Assembly (NCBI RefSeq): GCF_006345805.1
Contig: NC_043016.1
Location: forward strand, 3,968,001-4,032,000
Source of the DNA: Octopus sinensis
Taxonomy: Eukaryota
Direction of reading: 5' to 3'
DNA: 64,000 nucleotides
Shown here in pieces: positions 38,121 to 49,945 of this stretch. The notes under the pieces were generated by a model that saw only the letters and a program-made list of their open reading frames with translations, searched no databases and was not told the DNA's origin. The translations under genes and the position numbers were made by a program. The first letter of the stretch is position 1. Every line of letters starts with the position of its first letter.

Positions 38121-38184
38121 TAATAGCAAGATGTAATTCTTTATTTCTCTAGTTTTGATGAAATATCTTCTAAAAATTATAATG

Positions 38185-38700
<516 letters not shown>

Positions 38701-38739
38701 GAATATATATACATACAGAAGATACATAAATATATATAT

Positions 38740-39250
38740 GACCTGTTGAGTGAAGTAAAACCAATATTGTAGCTGTGGCCAGTACCCCCTGATTGGATCC
38801 TGTGCTGGTGGCACATAAAAAGCATCCTCTGAACGTGATCGATACCAGGTCCGCCTGACTGGCTCCTGTGCCAAAAGTACTTAAAAAGCACCATCCGAAC
38901 ATGGTCGATGCCAGGCCCGGCTGACTGGCTCCCATGTTGGTGGCATGTAAAAAACACCAAATGATCATGACTGATGCCAGTATCTCCTGACTGGCTCTTG
39001 TGTCAGTGGCACTTAAAAAGCACCATCCGAACATGGTCGATGCCAAAGCAGCCTGACTGGCTCCCATGCAGGTGGCACATAAAAAGCACCCACTACAATC
39101 TTGGAGTGGTTGGCGTTAGGAAGGGCAATCAGCTGTAGAAACGCTGCCAGATTAGATTGGAGCCTGGTGCAGCTTCTGGCTTTCCAGACCTCAGTTAAAC
39201 CATCCAACCCATGCCAGCATGGAAAACGGACGTTACACGATGATGATGAT
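38740..39250 (+). mobile_element. RTE 3' UTR copy with about five degenerate tandem units
   Basis: Repeated ggtggcac.taaaaagcaccatccgaac.tggtcgatgccag units and a (GAT)n tail. Confidence 0.85.
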
Positions 39251-39449
39251 GATATATATATATATATGTATGTTTGTGTATATGTATATAATATAAACTG
39301 GACGTGGGCGATTGTTGTATTCTTTCTTGTCTTGAGGTTCACAACCAGACGGCTGGGTGGAGTCACATGAAAAATGGCACACATATGGAGATGGGTGCAT
39401 AGATTGGAATGCAGTTTGTATTTTTTCCTAGCCCCCATACTTACTGAGA

Positions 39450-40036
39450 AAATCGATTAAAATTTTTCTAATGGAATTCCCCTCTTTCTTCCGCCATTGA
39501 AACAACCAGTTATTCAATCAGCCGGCATATACCATTTCGCTAGCAACAAGGCGAGTACAGGATGACAGTCAGCCAAAACTTTCGCTATGCTGTCTCTCTT
39601 CTTCTCTCTCACATACACACGTGCAAGCACGCATGCACACATACACACACACACACACACACACATACACGCACACACACATGCACACATCCATTTCATA
39701 TATCTTCTTTTAATTTCTGCTCTCTGCAAATAAAATTTTTATGGATACAACTGCTTACAAGAATAGGGATTAATGTATAATTTCTTTCTATGTTCATAAT
39801 TAAATCAATGTTTTAATGATTAGACAGAGGTCCAATAGGATAGCTCTCAGAAACAGACTACGTACAAATTCTTTCTCCACAATTGAAGCTGTTTTCTGAC
39901 AAGGGGGGAGGTTCCAATCAAAACGGGGGACCTGAAATGATAAGGTTGAGAAACGCTGTTACAGATTATGCCTAACCGAAAACGATCACAGCCACATCAT
40001 CCAAACAGACCGGGTAAAACCGGGCTTAGCTGCTAG
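39450..40036 (+). mobile_element. Probable non-autonomous Helitron (3' end clear, 5' end uncertain)
   Basis: Ends in ccgggtaaaaccggg followed by CTAG|T at 40033-40037, resembling the Helitron 3' signature. Confidence 0.5.
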
Positions 40037-40037
40037 T

Positions 40038-40070
<33 letters not shown>

Positions 40071-40489
40071 TATACATAAAAAGTACAAAATCGGACAAGA
40101 ACACAAAACATCCAGACAGTTAGGTGATACAAAAAAGGGACAACAAAACATCCAGATTGATGATACAAAGAAAACAAGGACAGATCATTCGGAGTTTTCT
40201 TTCCTCAGTTGAATTCCAGATTATCTATGCAATTTTGACTGGTTATATTCGAGATTGCTCCAATATGACCAGCTCCTTGGAAGAAAGCAGCCTTTTGTAT
40301 ACAAAAACAAGGACAGAAAAAAACAGAGAAATGTTACACAAATACAAATTCAAATAACAGGAGATAACAACAGGTGTCTTTCGACTAAGGATGAATTATA
40401 TTAAACTGGCATGTGTGGAAGTAAAGAAAGATTCAAGGATGCCAAAACAACTCTTTTATGGAGAGTTAGCTAAAGGAGAATGACCTCAA

Positions 40490-41038
40490 CATAAACTAAA
40501 AAAGAGGTATAAAGACTTGTTGAAGGCTTCCTTAAGAGATGCTTGCATCTCTCCTGACACATGGGAAGGCATAACTATTGATCGTAGCAGGTGGAGAAGG
40601 ATTGTGCATGAGGGGACAGCCACGTTTGAGAAATCTCGAGTTGCACATGAGAAAGTAAGGAGGGATGTCAGGAAGGGCATCGCTGTTACACTTCCAGAAG
40701 GAAAAGGTCTTTCTTTGATTCTGACATGCAATATCTGTGCAAGACCCTGCCTCAGTAAAGCTGGACTCATGAGTCATCTTCGTAGTCATAAAACGAGACA
40801 GATGAGTGACAAACTAGCCACTGGTGGTGGTGTAACACACCATACTAATAATATCTGTCAGCCATGTGGAAGAAAGTGTAATTCGGCAGGAGGACTTAAA
40901 CGACATGCAAAGGTACATGAAGCCCAGTTACAACTACAGCCGGCTATTACCAGTAAAGGTTTTAGCTGCCAATTTTTTACAAGACATTGTAGATCTTTAG
41001 CTGGACTAAAAAGTGACATTCGATCACAGCACCAGTAA
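40490..41038 (+). mobile_element. RTE/BovB-like LINE C-terminus with three C2H2-type fingers
   Basis: LKASLRDACISPDTWE...DRSRWR; CNICARPCLSKAGLMSHLRSH; CQPCGRKCNSAGGLKRHAKVH; degenerate third finger CQFFTRHCRSLAGLKSDIRSQH. Confidence 0.88.
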
Positions 41039-41374
41039 AAGTTAAGCTTCATACAATGGCCATACTTGATAACGAGGAGGGCAGCCATCATGTATGTATG
41101 TATGCATGTATGTATATGCCATGCTTGAGAGAAGAAGATCCATCAAGCCAAGTAAAATTGCAGTTGTGACAGATACTGATGTCATGCAAATGGCACCACT
41201 GTCAGAGCAATTGGCATTAGGAATGGCATCCAGCCATAGAAACCATGCCAAATCAGACTGGAATCTGGTGCAGTCTTCCAGCTTGCCAGCCTAGGTCTAA
41301 TTGCCCAACCTATACCAGCATGCACAATAAACAATAAATGATGATGTATGTATGTATATATATATATATATATA

Positions 41375-41664
41375 TGCAAAATTTAGAGGAATGATTACTA
41401 AAGTGGACATCCTTTATGCTAAACATAGACGTCAAATCGTTATTACCATGAAGAAATTGTTCTCAAGAAAAATCTCAGCAAAAAACGAAAATGTAAAGAC
41501 AAATGAAATAAAAAAAATGCTTACCTATGTACCATTGGTTTCACTTGTTAATATCTTTTGCGGTGATTTTTCTTGAGAACACATTCTTCGTGGTAATGAC
41601 GATTTGATGTCGATGTTTAGCATATAGGGTGTCCACTTTAGTGGTCATTCCTCTTAATTTTGTA
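41375..41664. mobile_element. MITE-like fold-back element with about 110-bp imperfect TIRs
   Basis: 41376-41485 is the imperfect reverse complement of 41555-41663; TA-rich flanks. Confidence 0.75.
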
Positions 41665-41746
41665 TGTAACACAATTTTTAATCTTTGGATTTTTAAGTAT
41701 GCTAAGCCACTGGTTTTAATTGATTAACATCAATTTCTACCCTTAT

Positions 41747-41800
<54 letters not shown>

Positions 41801-42050
41801 GTATATATATATATAATATGAGGGAATATTATTCTAAACTTACAGGGAAAAATTCAATTTAGAAATACTAAATCAAATTTCACAAACTATAATATATATA
41901 TATATTAGAAAAAAACACCTCTTATCAATTCAAAATGAAAAATTAATTACGCCATCTAGAAAATTACATATAATAGAAAGATTAAATATAAGATAAAAAT
42001 ATAACGATAATTAAGTAATGTGCAAAATAATAAATAAAATGTATATATTT

Positions 42051-42172
42051 GGTAGAATAACAACACATGTTTCGTGACTATATTTAAGAAATGATTGTAG
42101 TAAAAATATTAGTAGTAGTAGTAAAATCACTTCAATATAAATATAGCCACTCATCAGGTTAAAGATAACTAC
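42051..42172 (-). ncRNA. Type I hammerhead ribozyme motif with long stem II
   Basis: Minus strand: taac CTGATGA gtggctata...tatagtcac GAAAC atgt GTT gtta. All core nucleotides present, stem I 4 bp, stem II 9 bp (one G-U), GUU triplet. Confidence 0.8.
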
Positions 42173-42238
42173 AATAATAAAATAAATAATTAATAAATAT
42201 ACGTAAATAATCTTTTTAAAATAAATATATTCTTTACA

Positions 42239-42285
<47 letters not shown>

Positions 42286-42306
42286 TAATAATAATAATAA
42301 TAATAA

Positions 42307-42700
42307 ACTCATTGAAATTGAGAAAATGTGGACTCATTGAAATTGAGAAAATGTGGCATCTCAAGGCGGTTACAATACCAGTGATCGTAGGAGCACTAGG
42401 AATGATCAAGAAGGGAACCGAAAATATATGAGAATGATCCCTGGCTTACCATCCCTGCAAGAAGTGCAAAGATTGTCTTAACTGGTACATCACACATATT
42501 GAGAAGAGCATTGTCGATGTGAGAACTGTTGCTGCTCATGTATTTTAATTTAACTTTAAAAAAAAAAAAAAAAAAAAAATGAACAAACTACTGAGTTTGG
42601 TTTAATGGCCTACCAATATACACTATGAGTTTCTTTGCCCTAGGAGTCAGGAAGACACTCGGCAAGAAATGGAAGAAAATTTGAAAGAAGAAAAAAAAAA
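42307..42700 (+). mobile_element. Young, very short 5'-truncated R4/Dong-like 3' end within (TAA)n
   Basis: LIEIEKMWHLKAVTIPVIVGALGMIKKG...PSLQEVQ..IVLTGTSHILRRALSM*; (TAA)n on both sides. Confidence 0.92.
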
Positions 42701-43487
42701 GTAATAATAATAATAATAATAATAATCAAATCCAAAATGATTCACAATCCAAATAAGATAGATAAGCAAAAAACGTTACTTAGCTTGTCGATGGAAAAAA
42801 TATAACTCTGTATTATTTGGATTTTTAATCGTTTTGGGTTTGATTATTATTATTATTATTATTATTGTTGTTGTTGAAATATTATTATTTTTATATATAT
42901 TGATAGTTATTAAGTTATGATAGTTATTAATTATATCTATTTATTTAGAATACTTTATTATTATCTTTATAAAGGAATTTAACGTATTACATATAATTTA
43001 ATTTGAGAATTAATTTTGTTAGACAATACATTATTTAATAATTAGACGGTATATTTATCATGTAGTATTACATTTAAGTAAATTAGTTTTTATATTAATT
43101 GATATTTTGGTCAACTATATTGTTGAGTGATATATTAAATCTATAGATACTACATATATATTAATTATATAGTTAGTTTATATAATGGGTGTGTCTATAT
43201 TTGAACCATTTCTTATTTTTGATTCCAGTATTTATGGCTTGTACTAGCATTGTGTATTTTAATTAATATTAAGGTTTTTAGTATTAATTGCTTAATGGAT
43301 ATTAGACTTTATTTGGATGTTTATTAAATAAATATATTAATTAATAATTTGATTTAATGTATATAGTTTAAAATGTTGTATTTAGTTTTCACTTAATGTA
43401 TATTTTGTATCTTATATATATATATATTAAAGAATATATTTATTTTAAAAAGATTATTTACATATATTTATTAATTATTTTATTATT

Positions 43488-43604
43488 GTAGTTATCTTTA
43501 TCCTGATGAGTGGCTATATTTATATTGAAGTGATTTTACTACAACTACTAATATTGTTAGTATAATCATTTCTTATAGCCACGAAACATGTGTCATTATT
43601 CTAC
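43488..43604 (+). ncRNA. Type I hammerhead ribozyme motif (inverted paralog of the 42051 copy)
   Basis: CTGATGA 43503-43509; stem II gtggctata/tatagccac perfect 9 bp; GAAAC 43583-43587; GTC 43592-43594; the two core-proximal stem I pairs are mismatched. Confidence 0.78.
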
Positions 43605-43756
43605 CAAATTTATACGTTTTATTTACTATTTTGCACATTACTTAATCATCATTATATTTTTTATCTTATATTTAATCTTTCTATTATATGTAATTTTCTA
43701 AATGGTGTAATTTAATTTTTCATTTTGAATTAATAAAAGGTTTTTTTCTCATTTAT

Positions 43757-43790
<34 letters not shown>

Positions 43791-43818
43791 ATATACATAT
43801 ATATATGTGTATATATAT

Positions 43819-43862
<44 letters not shown>

Positions 43863-43870
43863 TTTTTTCT

Positions 43871-43935
<65 letters not shown>

Positions 43936-43937
43936 TA

Positions 43938-44735
43938 GAGGGTGCGATGAATAAATCGTCTAAATTACTAAAAAATGAAAATAATACTGAAATCTCATTT
44001 TAACAAACATTTACCAAAATTTACATAAGAATATCTTGAAATACTAAAGATTAAATTTATTCAATAAAATTGCCATTAGCTTTTTTGACCACGGCCTCCA
44101 GACGACTTTGGAATCTCTTGCAACTATTCTGGATGGTCTCCTTGTTTAAGTTGGTGAATGCTGCCATAATCCTTGTGTTTAGTTCATCTTTGGTGTTACA
44201 TGGAGTTTTGTTGGTCTCTCACTCAACTGCGCCCCACACATAATAATCAAGGGGATTGCAGCCTGAGGAGTTAGGTGACCAGATGTTAGAGGTGATGTGG
44301 TTGCAGAAATTGTCTGACAGCCATGACTGGGTTCTCCTTCTTGTGTGACATGGTACAGAGTTCTGTTTCCAGACATATTGTCTTTCAGCATCCACCATCT
44401 TGACCCAGGGCAGCACTACCTCCTCCGGGCACTTGATCTAGGCCTTCGTGATGACTCCAAACAACATGATGTTGATTTGACAGTACATGTCCTCAGATTT
44501 GCACTTCCTCACTTTGACACTCAAACATTCTGAAATGTTTGTATTGGAGCTTCCAGCATGAATGCTAAGGAGTACTGCGTGTCATTTCCAACTTTCTGGT
44601 AGAGTGAATTGTGTCATGGTGCTGTTTTTCTCAGAGATAGTGCCCAAAGACCCTACTATACTGTGTAGTCAACAAAATCAAAAGCAAACAATGCGCATGT
44701 GTGAAATTAAAAATATAAAATGGCAACAATTTATA
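43938..44735 (-). mobile_element. Internally deleted Tc1/mariner-superfamily (maT/DD37D-like) transposon
   Basis: KQNSVPCHTRRRTQSWL...IWSPNSSGCNPLDYYVWGAVE resembles WPPNSPDLNPLDY..W; terminus TA|GAGGGTG at 43936; the other TIR is unclear. Confidence 0.8.
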
Positions 44736-44921
44736 TATATTTTGTTCAGTGCTCAAAATAACGAGTAGATGGACAGCTGACAACTGATGAAGGGTCGTTC
44801 TTTATGTTACTTGAACTGTCTTTCATTTGTTTTTTTCGTTGTTTGCATATCAACTCATTTGTTTTCATATTTCATGTTGTTTACAGTTTATGATGTCCTG
44901 TATCCATATATGCATATATAT

Positions 44922-44964
<43 letters not shown>

Positions 44965-44969
44965 GTATA

Positions 44970-45346
44970 TACTCTTTACTCTTTTACTTGTTTCAGTCAT
45001 TTGACTGTGGCCATGCTGGAGCACTGCCTTAGTCGAGCAAATCGCCCCCCAGGACTTATTCTTTGTAAGCCTAGTACTTATTCTATCAGTCTCTTTTGCC
45101 AAACCGCTATGTTACAGGGATGCAAACACACCAGCATTGGTTGTCAAGCAATATTGGGGGGGACAAACATATACATACACACATACATATATACAACGGG
45201 CTTCTTTCAGTTTCCGTCTACCAAATCCACTCACGAGGTTTTGGTTGACCCGAGGCTATAGTAGAAGACACTTGCCCAAGTTGCCACGCAGTGGGACTGA
45301 ACCCGGAACCATGTGGTTGGTAAGCAAGCTACTTACCACACAGCCA
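44970..45346 (-). mobile_element. Full-length SINE family B
   Basis: Reverse complement of the 21927-22331 structure. Confidence 0.9.
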
Positions 45347-45490
45347 TGCATATATATATATATAACTTAGAAAGGTTTTGGCCAGTACTGGCCCAAGCCA
45401 TGTCTAACTTTATAGCACCACCTGGCGAAGTCTTTCAATTCAGGATTTGGGCACCAAGACCCATTCAAGAAGGGAGTTATAGTTTGTGAT

Positions 45491-45546
<56 letters not shown>

Positions 45547-47532
45547 TATGTATGTATGTATATATATATATATATTATATATATATATATATCAGGATGA
45601 TGATGATGATGATGATGATATATATATATATATATGTGTGTGTGTATATATATACATAAATATATATGTATGCACATATATATATATTATTTATATTCAT
45701 AAATAATATATACATATACACACACACACACACCACACACACACACACACCACACACACACAAACATACACACACACACACACACACATATGCATGTATG
45801 TATGGATGGGTGGATAGATGCATGCATCATGCATGACTCTATGTATGCACCCTCACACCCATTTACACACAGTCACACATATCATCATCATCATCTAGCA
45901 TAATTATATGCCCACATGGGTTGGGTGCATTGAGAGGATTCAATGGGTCACAGGACTGTTGAGCTGCATTGTCTATTTCAGTATGGCTTCTAAAGCTGGA
46001 CATCCTTCCTATGCCCAACAATTTTACATTGTGCACTGGGTGCTCTTTGAGGGTAAGATCATCATGTAGTTCACAAAACAAGACCCCTCGATTATGATGG
46101 GTGTGATATTGAGGGAGGTGGCTTATGCCAGGTGCTGAGACACAAGAGTAGCTTAGAGTGTTAGGAATGGATGTCTTGCTGTAGACATGACAAAGTGATA
46201 TGCTTTTAGGAACTCATTTCTGAGTCTTCTCAAACATAATTAATTGCCAGTCATCTCTGTCTTTAGTCATCTCAGACATCCAGTGGTGAAGGAAGGACTG
46301 AGCATAGTGGTTAGTGCAGAGCCTGGAGACTGAATACAACATGGATGAAGAAGGGAAGAGTCAAGTATGGAAACGATTGTAGATAACAGAGAAGTTTTAC
46401 AATATGTTAATAAATTGAATTTATTAGTTAAAACTTTCCATTTTCTCCTTATAATCTCTCTGTCAAACTATATATATATAAAACTTAAACCACATAGCTG
46501 CAAGGCTTAACCACTGACTCATGCATGTGCCAAATGTATATATGTATAAGTATATATGAGTGACAATCATAGTGAGCTTTTTGTACAGACTCAGCAACAG
46601 TCTTCATAGTAAGCAATTACAAACTAATGTAAGTGTCTATGTAACTGAAAATCCACAGACACATATAAATATATTTACATATATCTATACATGCATACCC
46701 ACACATACACACATGATGTGTATAAAATATGTGCAGAAATACTTCATGTGGTGATGTAACAAGATTCCAAGTTATGTAAGTGACATTTCACTCATAGGCT
46801 TATCAAGATGATGTTGGTAGTAGTCATGTCTCAAATGTGCCAGTGTGCAGGTGGCACATAAAAAAACACTATTTAGGCGTGGCCTTTGCCAGTACCGCCT
46901 GGCTGGCCCTCGTGCCAGTGGCACGTAAAAGCACCCACTACACTCTCGGAGTGGTTGGCATTAGGAAGGTAGAAACTCTGCCAGATCAAGATTGGAGCCT
47001 GGTGCAGCCATCTGGTTCACCAGTCCTCAGTCAAATCGTTCAACCCATGCTAGCATGGAAATTGGATGTTAAATGATGATGATGATGATATATATATTCA
47101 TCATTGTTTAATGTCTGCTTTCCATGCTGGCATGGGTGGACAACTTATACTCAGTTTTAACTGAAAAAAAGAAACAGAATGTAACTTATATATGGAGTGA
47201 AGCAAAACCTTTCACTTTGAATATGAAGGGAAGAAAACTTTGTATCAAGATTTTACACTACATTAGAGTACAAGTTATACACAAGTAAAAACAATGCATA
47301 CATATATAAATATATATAGGCTAAGGTCAGGTCTGTGTGAAGTTGGGGTATTTCTAGTGAAGCACTTGGCATGAATACTGTACTATCAATGCTGCCGGAT
47401 TCCAGGCCAAAGCTGGAATTCTTCAGATGTAGAAAATCCAAGTTCCATGATAATTATACCATCAAATGGGTTTGGTGAAGTGTAGATATCCAATGAAAAG
47501 AAAAAGACAAGGAAAATTCTTTGACACATCTT

Positions 47533-47653
47533 TAATATAAGTTACAATTGTTTCCGCATTCGCAATGTCAGTTTATGTGAAAATTCTAAATGAAAACTCA
47601 CGTAATATTTGTAGTTTTAGACATTAGAGAGGCACTTCATCAGACTTGTATCA
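47533..47653 (-). ncRNA. Type I hammerhead motif with long stem II (second family)
   Basis: Minus strand: tgatacaagt CTGATGA a gtgc...gcg GAAAC aatt GTA acttatatta; stem I 10 bp with one mismatch; stem II closing pair is imperfect. Confidence 0.7.
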
Positions 47654-48211
47654 AAAGTATGTTTTACATTGTGCGTCTCAAACCTTCCTGTTAGGAATAT
47701 ATTGGGATTTTTTTTCTTCCTGATATATTCCTAACAAGGTCTGAAGGATGCACAACACACCTCCAGTATTGTTGAGTGTAGTAGTAGATGTGAAACCAAT
47801 GGTAACTTCTTGGCCAGTTACATGCCACAGCCAAGGAGATACTATTTGGTTTTAATGCCTTATTAATTGACACACCATTTTGATTTCCACTCTTGTACTT
47901 ATTTACTTTTTTCTAAAATTTTCTCATTACTTCTTGCAACCTTTTGATTAGTCATTGCAAAAGCAATGAAAATTTTAGAAGAAATAAATAAGTACAAGAG
48001 TGGAAATCAAAATGGTGTGTTAATTAATAAGGCATTAACAGAACGATCCTCCCCAGACACAATAATATATGTGTATATATATATATATATAGATATATAT
48101 AATATATACCGTAGTAAACACATAAATGTGAAACAAGGTGAAAAAAGAGTACTCAAATACCAGTGGTAGAGTAATATGCTTTATTTAAAGCAGCAGAAAA
48201 TTCAACAAATC

Positions 48212-48249
48212 CTGTTACTATGAGTTTCCTGTTGCCGTTCATCGGACAG
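48212..48249 (-). ncRNA. Minimal hammerhead motif, CCGAUGA variant, degenerate
   Basis: Minus strand: ctgt CCGATGA a cgg caa cag GAAAC tcata GTA acag. Confidence 0.55.
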
Positions 48250-48467
48250 TTTTTGATATAGATATATAATATATCATCATCATCATCATCATTTAGCGTC
48301 CGTTATCCATGCTAGCATGGGTTGGACAGTTCAACTGGGGTCTGTGAAGCTGGAAGGCTTCATCAGGCCCAGTCAGATCTGGCAGTGTTTCTACGGGTGG
48401 ATGCCCTTCCTAATGCCAACCACTCCGTGAGTTATATCAAAATAAGCAACAAGGATATCCAGAGGTA

Positions 48468-48561
48468 ATGCAGTATGATCGTTTCATGCAATTCCATTTA
48501 ATTGAACAATGCAATCATTTCATTACATCAATTTAAAATGTAGAGCAATCTTCAGCTGCAC
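48468..48561 (-). ncRNA. Type I hammerhead motif inside a palindrome arm, degenerate
   Basis: Minus strand: gtgcag CTGAAGA ttgc...gcat GAAAC gatc ATA ctgcat; 6-bp stem I; changes consistent with CpG decay. Confidence 0.62.
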
Positions 48562-49019
48562 AAAGATTGCTTTACATTTTAAATTGATGTAATGAAATGA
48601 TTGCATTGTCCATTAAATGGAATTGCATGAAACGATCATACTGCATTACCTCTGGATATCCTTGTTGTTTATTTTGATTTTAATCACCCTATTTTGAAAT
48701 TGTATGGATAATACCATACTAAATTCTGGTGCCTCAACTTAAGTGCCATATTCATCTGAATTTATATATATATATATATATATATATGTGTTGTGTGTGT
48801 GTGGTGTATATATATATATACGAAGCACCTACTACACTCTTGGAGTGGTTGGTGTTAGGAGGGCATCCAGCTGTAGAAACCTTGCCAGTTGAGATTGGAG
48901 CCTGGTGCTGCCTCCTGTTTGCCTGTCCTTAGTCAAATCGTCCAACCCATGCTAGCATGGAAAGCGGACATTAAACAATGATGGGATGATGAGGATGATG
49001 ATGGTGATGTATATATTTT

Positions 49020-49233
49020 CTACTATGTTTCCTTTTGTGTCTCAGTCGTTAGACTGTAGGCATGCTGGGGCACCGTCTTGAAGAATTTTTAATTGACTGA
49101 ATCGACAGCAGTAAAAATTTTTTATTATTCTATTGGTCCCTGTTGCCAGACTGCAAAGCTGCAGGGACATAAACACACCAACACTGGTTGTCAAGTGATA
49201 TTTCGGTGACAAACACAATCTTAAAGACACACA

Positions 49234-49265
<32 letters not shown>

Positions 49266-49400
49266 CAATGGGCTTTTTTCAGTTTCTATCAACCAAATCC
49301 ACTCACAAGGCTATAGTAGAAGACACTTGCCTGAGGTGCCATGCAGTGGTACTGAACCCAGGGCCATGTGTTCGGGAAGCAAGCTTCATACCGCAGATCC
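49020..49400 (-). mobile_element. SINE family B copy (plus a tail fragment at about 49575-49625)
   Basis: gggcttttttcagtttctatcaaccaaatccactcacaaggct...ccatgtgttcgggaagcaagcttc. Confidence 0.8.
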
Positions 49401-49663
49401 TATATAGCATTTTAGACTTTATTAAAAAAATTGTTCTGTGATGCTTTTTTTTTTCCCATTCAGCTTTGGCTCTCCCGCACGTTTTTGCTGAAGAGAATTA
49501 TAGAATGTTGGTCTTATAGTATACAATTTTCTTCTTTTAGCTTGTCAAATTCAACAGTAGTTGACATTGCTCCTTTACTCTTTTACTTGTTTCAGTCATT
49601 TGATTGTGGCCATGCTGGAGCACGACCTTTATTAAAAAATTTTTTTTTCATCTTTTTACTTAC

Positions 49664-49945
49664 ATGTAGGTAGGAACAGACGGCCTTCACAGGCTGATGA
49701 CATAGATACCATTAACATTCTGCTAAAACTGGTTCAAGAGAACGCCAGCAGGGAGAGACCTGAGCTAGGAGGGAATTCCAGTTTGGGACTTTGACACAAC
49801 ATGAATAATGAAAGAGGAGAGTTGTGTAAGTTTGGAGGGCCTGATAGGAATTGGCAATAGATACCTTCATGGCGCGCAGATCATTATAGTAGCAGGAGAA
49901 AAAGTAATTAGAGGAAACAGTACGCGAGCGAGCTAAAAGCATGTT
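49664..49945. other. Candidate exon of a neighbouring gene (strand unresolved)
   Basis: Non-repetitive, CpG-bearing, higher GC. Minus strand has a GTAAGT donor at 49663-49658 and gcgcgccATGAAG|gtatct near 49870. Plus strand alternatively has an acceptor at 49669 with a stop at 49792-49794. Confidence 0.3.

Noticed and set aside
44784-44830. CTGATGAAGGG hammerhead 5' half
   Set aside because: No downstream stem II partner plus GAAA and no stem I partner are visible.
49860-49880. Ribosomal-protein-like first exon (pyrimidine-rich leader, ATG AAG|GT as in RPS6)
   Set aside because: The donor is weak (GTATCT) and I saw no matching second exon on the minus strand; kept only as an unnamed candidate exon.
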